Shown here piece by piece: positions 1-10,176 of a DNA stretch of 64,000 nucleotides. The translations under genes and the position numbers were made by a program. Source of the stretch: an uncultured candidate division Zixibacteria bacterium (GTDB taxonomy: Bacteria > Zixibacteria > MSB-5A5 > RBG-16-43-9). Position 1 is the stretch's first letter. Each line of letters starts with the position of its first letter. Location of the stretch: positions 2,336,001 through 2,400,000 of the forward strand of contig OY970208.1 in the NCBI GenBank assembly GCA_963713865.1. The letters are read 5' to 3'. Below the pieces are notes generated by a model that searched no databases, was not told where the DNA came from, and saw only the letters and a program-made list of their open reading frames with translations.

Positions 1-1269
1 TCTCACATTATTTCCATAAGACCAATCTGAAGTGCCATAATCAACCATGCCATCTGGACCCTTTAGGGTATCTGTCCAGTTGACGGTATTGATATAGTTA
101 TTATAATCAGACCATAAACTATCATCCCCTCTTTCTTCCTTGGTTTCGAAGTAGTTTGTAGATAGGTTATAGAAGGTGTTCTTGCCGAGATTATGGGTCA
201 GGGTGAGATAATACATCTGATTATTTCTCTCCCGTCTTTCCAGATGATTCAGATTATAGCGCCAGAGTATATCAAAAACCTTCCTTTTCTCCTGAAAGTA
301 GTTCATTCCTGACTTTAGCTTCATACTGGGTGTCAAATCGTAGTTTAATTTTACAAATCCGGAACCTCCTCTTAACCAGATTTCCGGGGCATCATCCTGG
401 TGCTGGTATTCAAAGGATGTAAAATATCTCAGCTTATTGCTGAAAAGCGGTCCTCCAAGAGAGGCGTCTGCATTATTGTAGCCATAACCGTTTGTCTCTC
501 CCATAAACGCATCGGTTCTAAGCTCAACCTGTCCAGTAGTCTTTGTCCCGGATTCTTTGGTTACGGTGTTTACAATGCCGGACATAGCCTGTCCATACTC
601 TGCATTAAACCCGCCAGCTAATACTATGACCTCAGCAATGGCATTATTGTTCAACCCGGCACCAACGCCACCAGTTACAAAATCCTGGGTATTGAACCCG
701 TCGATGAAATAATTTACCTCGCCTGGTCTACCGCCCCGGATTTGAATCAAATTCTGTCCCCGATTATCACCCGTTATCACTCCTGTCGATAATTGGGTTA
801 CCGCTTGAAAACCCCTTATTGGCATCTGTTTGAGTTCGTCTGAGGTGATAATTTTGGTAGAACCGGTAACGTCTTTCTCAATTAAAGGCCTTTCCGCCCT
901 GACCGTAATAACCTTCCCTAATTCCACCGCGGCTGAAGTCAGCTCAAAATCCACTTCGCTGGTCAGGTCAGGAACGATAAGGATCTCTTCCTTCCGGACT
1001 GAAGCGTATCCGATTACTACTGCCTCAACGTTCTGCTTCCCTGCAGGAACGTTTATAATGGTGTAACGACCATCCGGTCCTGTGGATGCTCCAATGTTTG
1101 TTCCCGCAACCCTCACTGCTACACCTGGAAGAGCTTCGCCGGTTTGTTTATCTTTGACCACACCGGTAATCTTCCCGGTCGTGCCTGCCAGAAGGGATAT
1201 GGCAAAGATAAAAATTAAAAGAGCGGCCAGCCCTCCTGCCTTAAAAATAAGTTTGTTTAACAAGTTCAT
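1..1269 (-). CDS. TonB-dependent receptor with carboxypeptidase-regulatory-like N-domain and plug (3' part runs off the window)
   Basis: Manual translation from ATG 1269 (SD GGAGG): signal peptide, GTTGKITGVVKDKQTGEALPG, IQIRGGRPGEVNYFIDG, GGFNAEYGQAMSGIVNTVTK; frame open to the window edge. Not in the ORF track because it has no stop in the window. Confidence 0.9.
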   Translation of the reverse strand, partial: MNLLNKLIFKAGGLAALLIFIFAISLLAGTTGKITGVVKDKQTGEALPGVAVRVAGTNIGASTGPDGRYTIINVPAGKQNVEAVVIGYASVRKEEILIVPDLTSEVDFELTSAAVELGKVITVRAERPLIEKDVTGSTKIITSDELKQMPIRGFQAVTQLSTGVITGDNRGQNLIQIRGGRPGEVNYFIDGFNTQDFVTGGVGAGLNNNAIAEVIVLAGGFNAEYGQAMSGIVNTVTKESGTKTTGQVELRTDAFMGETNGYGYNNADASLGGPLFSNKLRYFTSFEYQHQDDAPEIWLRGGSGFVKLNYDLTPSMKLKSGMNYFQEKRKVFDILWRYNLNHLERRERNNQMYYLTLTHNLGKNTFYNLSTNYFETKEERGDDSLWSDYNNYINTVNWTDTLKGPDGMVDYGTSDWSYGNNVR

Positions 1270-1332
1270 CCCTCCTTGTAGTCTTGAGATTAGCTTTCTG
1301 GTTTACAAAATCATTATAAAATAATTTTTGCC

Positions 1333-1343
1333 CTCACCTCCTT
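1333..1343 (-). promoter_or_regulatory. Orphan extended Shine-Dalgarno AAGGAGGTGAG in 5' leader
   Basis: 63 nt upstream of the ATG; the same 11-mer occurs at 15026-15036 (-) and 19805-19815 (+). Confidence 0.5.
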
Positions 1344-1645
1344 CTGATAGATAAAGGTTTAAATTTTAGCCTTCAGTAGACTATTCAATTCAGCCTGTGC
1401 CACTTTTCAAACCATCCCCCGAACTCGAAAAGCTTCCCTGGCGCTGAAAATAACTAATGGAAGATTAGTGCGAGTTTTATATTTTCTATGGCTCTTGTTA
1501 GAGTCTAAGAAAACCTGCGCCCCAAGTTTTTCTTAAACCTGACAACTTCCAGGTGTGGAATTGTCTAAAAGAGTAAAAACATATTATGGATTTGTTAAGA
1601 GAAAAATTACTCACACCCCTAAAAAGTTGTTGAGCTACATTAAAT

Positions 1646-1672
1646 TAATCGGAAAGGGTCAGGAAAACTTTA
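1646..1672 (-). promoter_or_regulatory. Sigma-28 (FliA/WhiG)-like promoter
   Basis: TAAA-GTTTTCCTGACCCTT-TCCGATTA (15-nt spacer), facing the TonB receptor gene. Confidence 0.55.
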
Positions 1673-1821
1673 GGGGGTTATGCCGGGTTCAGAATTTAAA
1701 ACCCCCTGCTTTTAACTATTTCAGAATAGGTTTTTTCCTTACTTTCAAGGAAGGGATTAACATTGATAAGGTTATTCAATAATTTTGTTTACTGTTAAAA
1801 ACGTGGGCCGTTAAGAATTAA

Positions 1822-1942
1822 ACGTCCGGGTCAAATCCGGACGCTAAAAATTTAGAGACGCATACAATGCGTCTCTACCAAGCTTCTTATAAAGGAAAGG
1901 GGACATATTAAAAAAAACGTCCGGGATAAACCCGGACGTTAC
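1822..1942. repeat. Cluster of REP-like palindromes
   Basis: ACGTCCGGG..TCCGGACGCTA, TAGAGACGCA..TGCGTCTCTAC, ACGTCCGGGATAAACCCGGACGTTAC; relatives near 11585, 11689, 38778, 54631, 62231. Confidence 0.75.
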
Positions 1943-2020
1943 ACTTACCATTTTAAACCAGACCTCTATTATTTTATTTTTCCATCTCTCGTCTTACGTC
2001 TTACATCTTACTGCTTTAGA

Positions 2021-3184
2021 TTACAAATCAGCCAAAAACTTCTTAATCCTCTCTAAAGCTTTGTTGATATTCTCCACTGAATTGGCATAAGAGAGTCGCA
2101 GGTAGCCTTCTCCAAATTTACCAAAAGAGGTACCGGATAAAACTGCTACCCCGGCTTCAGAAAGAACAGCATCTGCCAATTTCTTGGTATCCCAGCCAAT
2201 CTTTTTCACATTCGGGAAAACGTAGAAAGCTCCCTTGGGAGAGGGACAGGAAAGCCTGGGTATGGCGCAAAGCCCTTTAACGATTACATCTCTTCTCTTT
2301 CTGAACTCCTTAACCATTTTATCTGCCCCTGATTGATCTCCGGTAATAGCCTCAATTGCTGCCCTTTGCGTAAAACTGGCAGTGCAGGAATTGCAGTTAG
2401 TCATAAGTCTTGCTATATGCGGAGCTAAAGTCTTGTTCATTACCCCGTACCCTATTCTCCATCCAGTCATGGCATAGGTTTTGGAAAGCCCGTCTAAGAT
2501 TATGGTCCTTTCTTTCATATCCGGAAGAGAAGCTATGCTGTGATGTTCCCCTTCGTAAATTATGCGGGAATAGATTTCATCTGAGAGAACATATATATCT
2601 TTGGAGATGGCAATTTCAGCTATTGCTTTTAAATCATCCAGGGTTAAAATACCACCAGTTGGATTTTGAGGGGAATTGATAATTATCAACCTGGTTTTTG
2701 AGGTAACCAGTTTCTTCAGCTCCTTCACATCTAATCTGAAATCGTTTTCCTCACGCAGTTGAATTGGAACTGCTTTGGCGCCGATGAAATCGATTACCGA
2801 TTCATATATAGGAAATCCCGGATTGGGATAGATAACCTCCTCCCCTTCATTCACCAATGCCAGGATAATAAAAAACATTATTGGCTTGGCACCAGGAGTA
2901 ATTACAACTTCCTCGCTATCCACTTTTATCTTCCTGGTATCAGAGATATATTTTGCAATAACTTCTCTCACATCCGGCAGACCAGCCGAAGGTCCGTAAT
3001 GGGTCCACCCTTCTTTCAAGGCTTTAATTGCCGCATCGGTGATGTTTCCGGGAGTATCGAAATCTGGTTCCCCGATCTCCAGGTGAATAATTTCCTTCCC
3101 CTCTTTTTCCAATTTTTTCGCCCTGGCTAAAACTTCAAAGGCAGTTTCAGTTCCCAGGCGTGACATTCTCTGGGCTAATCTCAT
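2021..3184 (-). CDS. PLP-dependent class I/II (aspartate-like) aminotransferase
   Basis: IGEPDF, NSPQNPTG, SDEIY, SKTYAMTGWRIG; start moved to MRLAQRM (ATG 3184, SD GGAG). Confidence 0.92.
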   Translation of the reverse strand: MRLAQRMSRLGTETAFEVLARAKKLEKEGKEIIHLEIGEPDFDTPGNITDAAIKALKEGWTHYGPSAGLPDVREVIAKYISDTRKIKVDSEEVVITPGAKPIMFFIILALVNEGEEVIYPNPGFPIYESVIDFIGAKAVPIQLREENDFRLDVKELKKLVTSKTRLIIINSPQNPTGGILTLDDLKAIAEIAISKDIYVLSDEIYSRIIYEGEHHSIASLPDMKERTIILDGLSKTYAMTGWRIGYGVMNKTLAPHIARLMTNCNSCTASFTQRAAIEAITGDQSGADKMVKEFRKRRDVIVKGLCAIPRLSCPSPKGAFYVFPNVKKIGWDTKKLADAVLSEAGVAVLSGTSFGKFGEGYLRLSYANSVENINKALERIKKFLADL

Positions 3185-3300
3185 ATCATCCTCCGAAAAA
3201 TTTTTTAAATAATCTGACGGGCAGGGTGCCAGCCCTACGAGAACTGATTTAATTCTCATCGTAGGCGGGGCTCCCAGCCCTGCAAATTTTTATTAAAAAA

Positions 3301-5319
3301 TCAACTCCTCTTCTTCCTATCATAAAGCTCTTTAGCCTTTTGGGCGATATGCTCGGCTGAGACCTCGAACTCCTTTATAAGCTCCCAGGGTTGTCCGGAT
3401 TCACCAAACCGGTCTTTCACCCCGACCATCCCGAACAGCACCGGTTTCTGAGACATCTCCTTTGCTTCAAGGATTGAAGAGGCAATCCAGTTCCCTAAAC
3501 CTCCGATCTGGTGTTCTTCTGCAGTAACGACAATCCCGGTTTCCAGTGCTGCTTTGATTATGGTCTTTTTATCCAGAGGTTTCAAGGTATGCAAATTCAC
3601 TATTCTGGACTCAATCCCGAAATCCTCCTTTAAAATCCAGGCGGCTCTCATTGCTTCAGGCACTTCCGGCCCGCAGGCGATTATGGTCAAATCTTCGTTT
3701 TCAGATTGGTACTGCGAGGAAAGTTTCGTCTCAAAGGCGTGAATGAACTCCTCTTCTTCTCCTCTATACCTGATTATATTTGCCTCTCCGAACACGAAAG
3801 GCGTATCCGCAAATGTAACTATAGGAGTTGCCTCTCTGGCAAATCTCAGGAACTTTGGTCCTTTAACATCGAATAAGAGAAATTCAGTTGCTTTTTTGGT
3901 CTCGATCGAATCACAGGGAACTACCACATTCATATTAGGTAATCCGCACATCTGGAAAAGGTCTTCTAAAGCTTGATGGGTGGCACCATCCGGACCCACC
4001 GAGACCCCACCGTGAGCGCCAGCGATGAATACGTTGAAGTTCCCATAACAGACTGTAGTTCTCAACTGGTCTAAATTCCTGCCTGCAGCAAAAACGCCGT
4101 AGGTACCGAAAACCGGGATTTTCCCTTCTTTTGCTAAACCAGCCGCAACTCCTGTTCCGCTCTGTTCAGCAATCCCCATACTCAAAAATCTGTTTTTTCT
4201 TTCAGGATGTTTTTCGTAGAACTGGCTGATGGCTATAGAGCCGGATATATCCGCACCTAAACAGACGATCCTTTTATCATCCCCCTTCTCGTCTAAAGCT
4301 CTGCCAAAACCCATCCTGGTTGGGTCCATCTTCACTTTCATATTCGGCTGTTTGTTCCAGAAATAGTCTTTTTTGAACTTCGGCATTTTCGATTCCAGTT
4401 TCTGAGAGGCTACGGTTTGATAATCCTCAGCTTTTTTGAATAGTCTATCCCTATCCAGGTTCCCTTTAAGCCCCAATTCTTCTAAGGCTTTATCCATCTG
4501 CTCACATAATGGTGATTTTCCATGCCAGCCAGCTACATTCTCCATAAAACTGACCCCTTTACCCTTTATGGTATGAGCAATTATTACTGTGGGCTTCCCC
4601 TTGAAAGATTTTGCCTTCTCAAAAGCATCCAATATCTCTTTCATATTATGGCCATCTATCTCTATGACATTCCAGTTGAAAGCTTTATATTTCTCCACAA
4701 TCGGGCCTATATTCATCACCTCTTCTACCCAGCCATCTATCTGTAAACGGTTTTTGTCCAAGATACAGGTTAGGTTATCTAATTTATAGTGCCCAGCCTC
4801 CATTATCGCTTCCCAGACTTGCCCTTCCTGATGTTCACCATCTCCGGTTAAAGCAAAAACGTGATAATCCTTGTTATCAAGTTTACCTGCTAAGGCGATA
4901 CCATTAGCAATACTTAACCCCTGGCCTAAAGAACCAGTAGAAGCTTCAACTCCGGGTAATTTCAGCCAGTGAGGGTGACCCTGAAAGGGGGAGTAAAGCT
5001 TTCTCAACGTGACTACCTCTTCTATATCAAAATAACCTGAGATCCCCAGCCCTAAATATAAAGCTGGAGCTTTATGGCCGGATGACCAGATGATTCTATC
5101 CCGGTCCTCCCAGAAAGGATTTTTGGGATCGTGACGGGCAACTGAAAGATATAGAGCTGCACAGATATCCATTATGGACATAGTCCCGCCTGAATGACCT
5201 GAGCCAGCCGCACATAATGAGATCATATTATATCCTCTCATCCGATTAGCTGACTCGACCAGCTCTTTTACTGTATAATTTTTCCTTAACTTCCCGGTCT
5301 TTGAATCTAAAATCGGCAT
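3301..5319 (-). CDS. tkt: Transketolase (TPP-binding and pyrimidine-binding/C-terminal domains in one chain)
   Basis: GSGHSGG, GSLGQG, GDGEHQEG, GIAEQ, GPDGATHQ. Confidence 0.9.
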   Translation of the reverse strand: MPILDSKTGKLRKNYTVKELVESANRMRGYNMISLCAAGSGHSGGTMSIMDICAALYLSVARHDPKNPFWEDRDRIIWSSGHKAPALYLGLGISGYFDIEEVVTLRKLYSPFQGHPHWLKLPGVEASTGSLGQGLSIANGIALAGKLDNKDYHVFALTGDGEHQEGQVWEAIMEAGHYKLDNLTCILDKNRLQIDGWVEEVMNIGPIVEKYKAFNWNVIEIDGHNMKEILDAFEKAKSFKGKPTVIIAHTIKGKGVSFMENVAGWHGKSPLCEQMDKALEELGLKGNLDRDRLFKKAEDYQTVASQKLESKMPKFKKDYFWNKQPNMKVKMDPTRMGFGRALDEKGDDKRIVCLGADISGSIAISQFYEKHPERKNRFLSMGIAEQSGTGVAAGLAKEGKIPVFGTYGVFAAGRNLDQLRTTVCYGNFNVFIAGAHGGVSVGPDGATHQALEDLFQMCGLPNMNVVVPCDSIETKKATEFLLFDVKGPKFLRFAREATPIVTFADTPFVFGEANIIRYRGEEEEFIHAFETKLSSQYQSENEDLTIIACGPEVPEAMRAAWILKEDFGIESRIVNLHTLKPLDKKTIIKAALETGIVVTAEEHQIGGLGNWIASSILEAKEMSQKPVLFGMVGVKDRFGESGQPWELIKEFEVSAEHIAQKAKELYDRKKRS

Positions 5320-5408
5320 CTTACCTCCTGTCCTACGGACATGTCTTAGTGAATATTTCTTTTATACAAAATAATAAAGAGCAAACCTTGTGAAATTTTT
5401 AACATAGT

Positions 5409-5437
5409 ATATTACGAAAACTAAGCCTTTTTGTCAA
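5409..5437 (-). promoter_or_regulatory. Sigma-70-like promoter of tkt
   Basis: TTGACA-17nt-TAATAT. Confidence 0.55.
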
Positions 5438-5443
5438 TTTATT

Positions 5444-6034
5444 TCAGAGTAAAAATTTCCATAAAGAAACCGTTTTTCTACTTAATTCCTTTAAGTCCTT
5501 ATCATTTTTTATGATATAATCTGCGTATTTACGTCTGGTTTTATCTTTTATCTGCACCTTAATCCTATTCATAGCTTCCTTCTGTGAATATCCTAAATTT
5601 TCTTTTAGCCTTTTTACCCTGTTTTTAAGAGCCGACTCAACTAAGATGAGATAATCTAATTCTTTCTGTAACCCCCATTCAATAATCAAAGCCGCATCTA
5701 TAACCACAATTCCGGAGCCTTTTTTTCTATATTCTTTGATCTTTTTCTTCAGACTGGAAAGAAGATAGGGATGAACGATTTTGTTTAATTTGTTTCTTCG
5801 TTTAATAGAGGAGAAAGCTATATTGCCCAACTCTCTGCGATTGAGTTTTTTATTCTTATTTAGAATCCCTTTACCGAAAACCTTAACTAGTTTTTTAAAA
5901 ACAGTCTGGTTTTTCTCCACCACCTCTTTGCCGATTTCATCCCCGGACAAAATTTTTGCCCCCAACTTTTTAAAGATTTTCGCCACCTCGGTTTTCCCTG
6001 ACCCAATCCCACCGGTTATGCCGATTATTTTCAT
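5444..6034 (-). CDS. coaE: Dephospho-CoA kinase
   Basis: MKIIGITGGIGSGKT P-loop, LNKIVHP, VVIDAALIIE; follows polA. Confidence 0.93.
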   Translation of the reverse strand: MKIIGITGGIGSGKTEVAKIFKKLGAKILSGDEIGKEVVEKNQTVFKKLVKVFGKGILNKNKKLNRRELGNIAFSSIKRRNKLNKIVHPYLLSSLKKKIKEYRKKGSGIVVIDAALIIEWGLQKELDYLILVESALKNRVKRLKENLGYSQKEAMNRIKVQIKDKTRRKYADYIIKNDKDLKELSRKTVSLWKFLL

Positions 6035-6232
6035 ATCGTGTTTTTCCTTTTCTGTCATTCTGAGGGAACTAAGTGACCGAAGAATCTATAGGGATTCTTC
6101 GCCCGCCTTTAGCGGGATGCCATTTAATGTAGGGACTGCACTATGCGAGGCTGAAAGTCTCAAGACCTTGACGGCCTCGCACTACGTTTTTCCCCTTGAA
6201 CCTTTGAACATTTGAACTTTTGAACCTTTTTA

Positions 6233-8926
6233 TTAACTCGCCTCTAACCAGTTCTTCCCGATTTTTATATCCACCTTAATCGGCACTTTTAATTTCACCG
6301 TATTTTCCATCTTATCTTTGATCATCTCTTTTATTTCTTCTAACTCAGACTTATACACCTCGAAGACCAGCTCGTCGTGCACCTGCAAAATCATCTTCGA
6401 TTTTCTTACTCGAAGCTCTTTAGCTATTTCAATCATCACCACTTTGATCAGATCCGCTGCAGAGCCCTGATGCGGAGTGTTAATGGCTACCCTCTCCGCA
6501 AATTCCCTTTTCTGCCGATTAGTGCTTTCTATTTCCGGGATATATCTTCTTCTCCCCAAAAGGGTAGTCACATATCCATCCTTTCTTGTTTTCTCAATCA
6601 GATTTTCTAAATGAGTTTGCACCTTAGGGTATCTTTTGAAATAGATATCTATGAACATCGAGGCTTCCTGTGGACTCATCTCCGTTTGCTGGGATAACCC
6701 GTAGGCGCTGACCCCATAGATTATGGCAAAATTGGCTGTCTTTGCCTGTCTTCTCTGTTCAGGCGTGACTTTATCAATTGGCACTCCAAAGACCTCGCTC
6801 GCAGTTCGGGTATGAATGTCCTCACCTCTGAAAAAAGATTCCATCAGGATTTCATCCTCTGAGAAATGAGCTAAGATCCTCAGCTCGATCTGAGAATAAT
6901 CTGCTGATAATAAAAGGAAATCTTCATCCCTCGGGATAAACCCCTTTCTGATCTGGCTTCCGATCTCGGTCTTTATAGGGATATTCTGCAGATTCGGGTC
7001 GGAGGAGGAAAGACGACCGGTTGCGGTTACAGTTTGGTTGAAAGAGGTATGCACTCTGCCAGTTTTTTTATTAATCAAAGCTGGCAGGGCATCTATATAA
7101 GTCGATTTCAATTTAAAGAGCTGACGGTATTCCAGAAGTTTCTGCGGAAGGGGATGGATTTTGGCTAATTGCTCTAATACCCCGAAGTCAGTGGAATTAA
7201 TTGTCTTCTTGGCAGTTTTCCTGAGAGGGGAAAGCCTTAAGTCCTCAAATAAAACCTTACTTAACTGCTGGGGTGAATTTATATTGAAATCTTTTCCAGC
7301 TAAATGATAAATCTGGTGGGTTAATTTAGACAACTCTATATCCATCTGGCTGGAAAACTCTTTTAAAAAATCTACGTCGATCGAAATCCCGGTTAATTCC
7401 ATCTCCGCTAAAACCTGAATCAAAGGGAGTTCCACCTTGTAGAAAAGCTCCTCCAGAGAGAAATCCTTTAACTTAGGTTCAAGGATTTCTTTTAGTCTCA
7501 AAGTGTAATCTGCATCTTCACAGGAATATTTAGTCGCAGATTTAATCGGGACTAGGGCAAAACTTTTCTGTTTTTTACCCGAGCCGATCAAGTCGGAGAT
7601 GGGAGTCATCTTGTAATCTAAATGTTCTAAGGCTAAATTGGAGAGACGGTGCTGTCTGGAAGAGGGGTTCAAAAGATATGAGCCAATCATCGTATCAAAA
7701 TGAATTCCCTTAAGCTCAATTCCGTAATTTTTCAGAACCTCGAAGTCAAATTTCAGATTCTGTCCGATTTTTTTTATCTTTTCATCCTCTAAAATCTTTT
7801 TGAAATTTTTCAGCACAAAATCTGTATCTAAGTTTTTATCCTTATCCTCCCCTTTATGTCCGACTGGAATATAAAAAGCCTCTCCTTTTTCCAAAGAGAG
7901 AGAGATTCCTACCAGCTCTGCCTCTATCGGATTTATGGAAGAGGTCTCTGTATCGATGGCAAACTCACCCTTCTGGTTAATCCTGACTAAGAGCTTTTCT
8001 AACTCCTCACTTTTTTCTATGGTTATATATTTTGTTTTCTCTAATGCTTCTCTGGAGGTTATCTCCTGCAGAAATTTTGTGAATTCCAATTCCTTGAAAA
8101 GCTCCTTAAGCTCAGGCAGGTTAAACTCCCTTTTAGAAAGCGAATCTAAGTCCAGATCAAGAGGGACACTGGTTTCGATGGTGACCAGTTTCTTGGAGAG
8201 ACGGGCTAAATCAGATTGCTCTTTTAAATTCTGTGATATGTTTTTTCTTTTTACCTTATCTGCATTCGCTAATACATTCTCCAGATCACCGAACTGCTGG
8301 ATTAACTCTAAAGCAGTTTTCTCTCCTACTCCCGGTATCCCCGGAACGTTATCCGAGGCATCCCCCATCAAACCTAAAAGATCAGTTACTTTTTCCGGGG
8401 GAACTCCAAATTTTTCCTTCACCTTTTCTTCATCATAGATCTCTATCTCCTCGCCGCTTTTCCTCGGATTTAAAACCTTGATATCCTCATCCACCAGCTG
8501 CAAAAAATCTTTATCCCCGGTAACTAAAATCACCTCTAACCCTTTATCTTTAGCTCTCCGGGCTAAAGTCCCCATCAGGTCATCCGCCTCAAATCCATCC
8601 ATCTCTAAGATAGGTATATTCATTGCTGTAATTAATTCCATTATGCGCGGAAGCTGGGCTACCATCTCCTCCGGCATCTTGGCTCTTGTCGATTTATATT
8701 CCTTATAGATCTCATGCCTGAAAGTCGGGGCTTTGGTATCAAAGACCACCCCGATGTAATCCGGCTCCTCTTCTTTCAAAATTTTCATCAAGGAATTGGC
8801 AAACCCGTAAGGGGCAGAGGTGTTTTCACCTTTAGAGTTTATCAAAGGGGTTCGGATAAACGCAAAATAGGAGCGATAGGCTAAAGCTGAGCCGTCGATT
8901 AAAAAAAGCCTTTTTTTCTTCTCCAT
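6233..8926 (-). CDS. polA: DNA polymerase I
   Basis: LIDGSALAYRSYFA 5'-3' exonuclease, AIDTET 3'-5' exonuclease, TGRLSSSDPNLQNIP, DYSQIELR, QVHDEL. Confidence 0.98.
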   Translation of the reverse strand: MEKKKRLFLIDGSALAYRSYFAFIRTPLINSKGENTSAPYGFANSLMKILKEEEPDYIGVVFDTKAPTFRHEIYKEYKSTRAKMPEEMVAQLPRIMELITAMNIPILEMDGFEADDLMGTLARRAKDKGLEVILVTGDKDFLQLVDEDIKVLNPRKSGEEIEIYDEEKVKEKFGVPPEKVTDLLGLMGDASDNVPGIPGVGEKTALELIQQFGDLENVLANADKVKRKNISQNLKEQSDLARLSKKLVTIETSVPLDLDLDSLSKREFNLPELKELFKELEFTKFLQEITSREALEKTKYITIEKSEELEKLLVRINQKGEFAIDTETSSINPIEAELVGISLSLEKGEAFYIPVGHKGEDKDKNLDTDFVLKNFKKILEDEKIKKIGQNLKFDFEVLKNYGIELKGIHFDTMIGSYLLNPSSRQHRLSNLALEHLDYKMTPISDLIGSGKKQKSFALVPIKSATKYSCEDADYTLRLKEILEPKLKDFSLEELFYKVELPLIQVLAEMELTGISIDVDFLKEFSSQMDIELSKLTHQIYHLAGKDFNINSPQQLSKVLFEDLRLSPLRKTAKKTINSTDFGVLEQLAKIHPLPQKLLEYRQLFKLKSTYIDALPALINKKTGRVHTSFNQTVTATGRLSSSDPNLQNIPIKTEIGSQIRKGFIPRDEDFLLLSADYSQIELRILAHFSEDEILMESFFRGEDIHTRTASEVFGVPIDKVTPEQRRQAKTANFAIIYGVSAYGLSQQTEMSPQEASMFIDIYFKRYPKVQTHLENLIEKTRKDGYVTTLLGRRRYIPEIESTNRQKREFAERVAINTPHQGSAADLIKVVMIEIAKELRVRKSKMILQVHDELVFEVYKSELEEIKEMIKDKMENTVKLKVPIKVDIKIGKNWLEAS

Positions 8927-9131
8927 AATCTATCCTTTGGGATATTATGATACAATTTAATTTATCTCAGGTCAATAAATTTATGGGGATATTCCCTCTC
9001 CTTCGAAAGGAGAGGGAAAGGGTGAGGTTATACAAATGATAGGGGCAATTTATGAATTGCCCCTATCAAATTATCAGGACAGACACATGAGTCTATCCTT
9101 ACTTCAATTTTCTTAAAATTTCTGGAACAAA

Positions 9132-9149
9132 TATGTAAGTACTTACGTA
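9132..9149. promoter_or_regulatory. Palindromic operator, probable MarR autoregulatory site
   Basis: TATGTAAGT|ACTTACGTA (8 of 9 pairs), 42 nt upstream of the MarR-GNAT start. Confidence 0.55.
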
Positions 9150-9191
9150 AATATTTATAGTTATTGAGGAGAGTAAAAAAGGAACCTACCT

Positions 9192-10163
9192 ATGGACATC
9201 TTAAGACAGCTGGGACCCTTGGCTATCGCCAGCAGGTTAAGGCGTTTGACCGAGTGGCTCTACAAGGATGGGGCGCGCATTTACCAGGAACAATCTTTGG
9301 ATTTTGAGCCGCGCTGGTTTCCCCTTTTCTATCTTTTGAAGGAATCAGGCGAAATATCGGTTACCCGGGCAGCCCAGTCCTTAGGGCTAACCCATCCCGC
9401 CATCAATCAGATTGCCGGGGAGATGTCACGAAGAGGATTTCTGCAATCGACCAGCGATAAAAAAGACAAACGTAAAAGGCTTTTGCGGCTCACCCAAAAG
9501 GGCAGGAAAGCTTTATCCTCGCTCGAACCGGTCTGGAGAGATTTCGAATCTGCGGCAGACGATTTTCTGAGTGAAGCAGGTGGTGATTTCCTGGGAATAG
9601 TAGGCAGACTGGAGGACGCTTTAAAGGAAAAAGGGATGTATGAGAGAATAACTCAGCGCATTAAAAAGCGTCAGCTCAGGAAAGTTGAAATCATCAATTA
9701 CCAGCCGCGATTTAAAAAATATTTCAGGTCACTTAACTTCGAATGGCTCAAAGAATATTTCGAGGTAGAAAAAGAGGATGAAATACTCTTAAGTAATCCT
9801 TATGAAAAAATTATTAAACCTGGAGGATTTGTTTTATTTGCCCGGCTGGATGGTAAAATCGTTGGCACAACTGCTTTGATCAGATATGATAAATTCACCT
9901 ATGAGTTGACCAAGATGGCGGTTAAAAGAAGTGCTCAGGGTCAACAGGTGGGACGTAAACTTGCACTTTCGGTAATTGAAAAAGCGAAAAATTCAGGTGC
10001 CAGGCGAATAGTTTTGCTCACCAACCCAAGGTTAACAGCGGCATATAATCTCTACCGTTCTTTGGGTTTTATCGAATTATCCGGAGACCAGCCCTGGGCA
10101 ACTCCCTACCGTCGTGGAGGTATTCCTATGAGCCTGGATTTGAAAAACAAACCAAAAACTTAA
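9192..10163 (+). CDS. Bifunctional MarR-type HTH regulator / GNAT acetyltransferase
   Basis: N-terminal wHTH (LGLTHPAINQ, DKRKRLLRLTQKG); C-terminal GNAT (ELTKMAV, QGQQVG, AYNLYRSLGF). Confidence 0.88.
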   Translation: MDILRQLGPLAIASRLRRLTEWLYKDGARIYQEQSLDFEPRWFPLFYLLKESGEISVTRAAQSLGLTHPAINQIAGEMSRRGFLQSTSDKKDKRKRLLRLTQKGRKALSSLEPVWRDFESAADDFLSEAGGDFLGIVGRLEDALKEKGMYERITQRIKKRQLRKVEIINYQPRFKKYFRSLNFEWLKEYFEVEKEDEILLSNPYEKIIKPGGFVLFARLDGKIVGTTALIRYDKFTYELTKMAVKRSAQGQQVGRKLALSVIEKAKNSGARRIVLLTNPRLTAAYNLYRSLGFIELSGDQPWATPYRRGGIPMSLDLKNKPKT

Positions 10164-10176
10164 AAAAGGAGGTATT

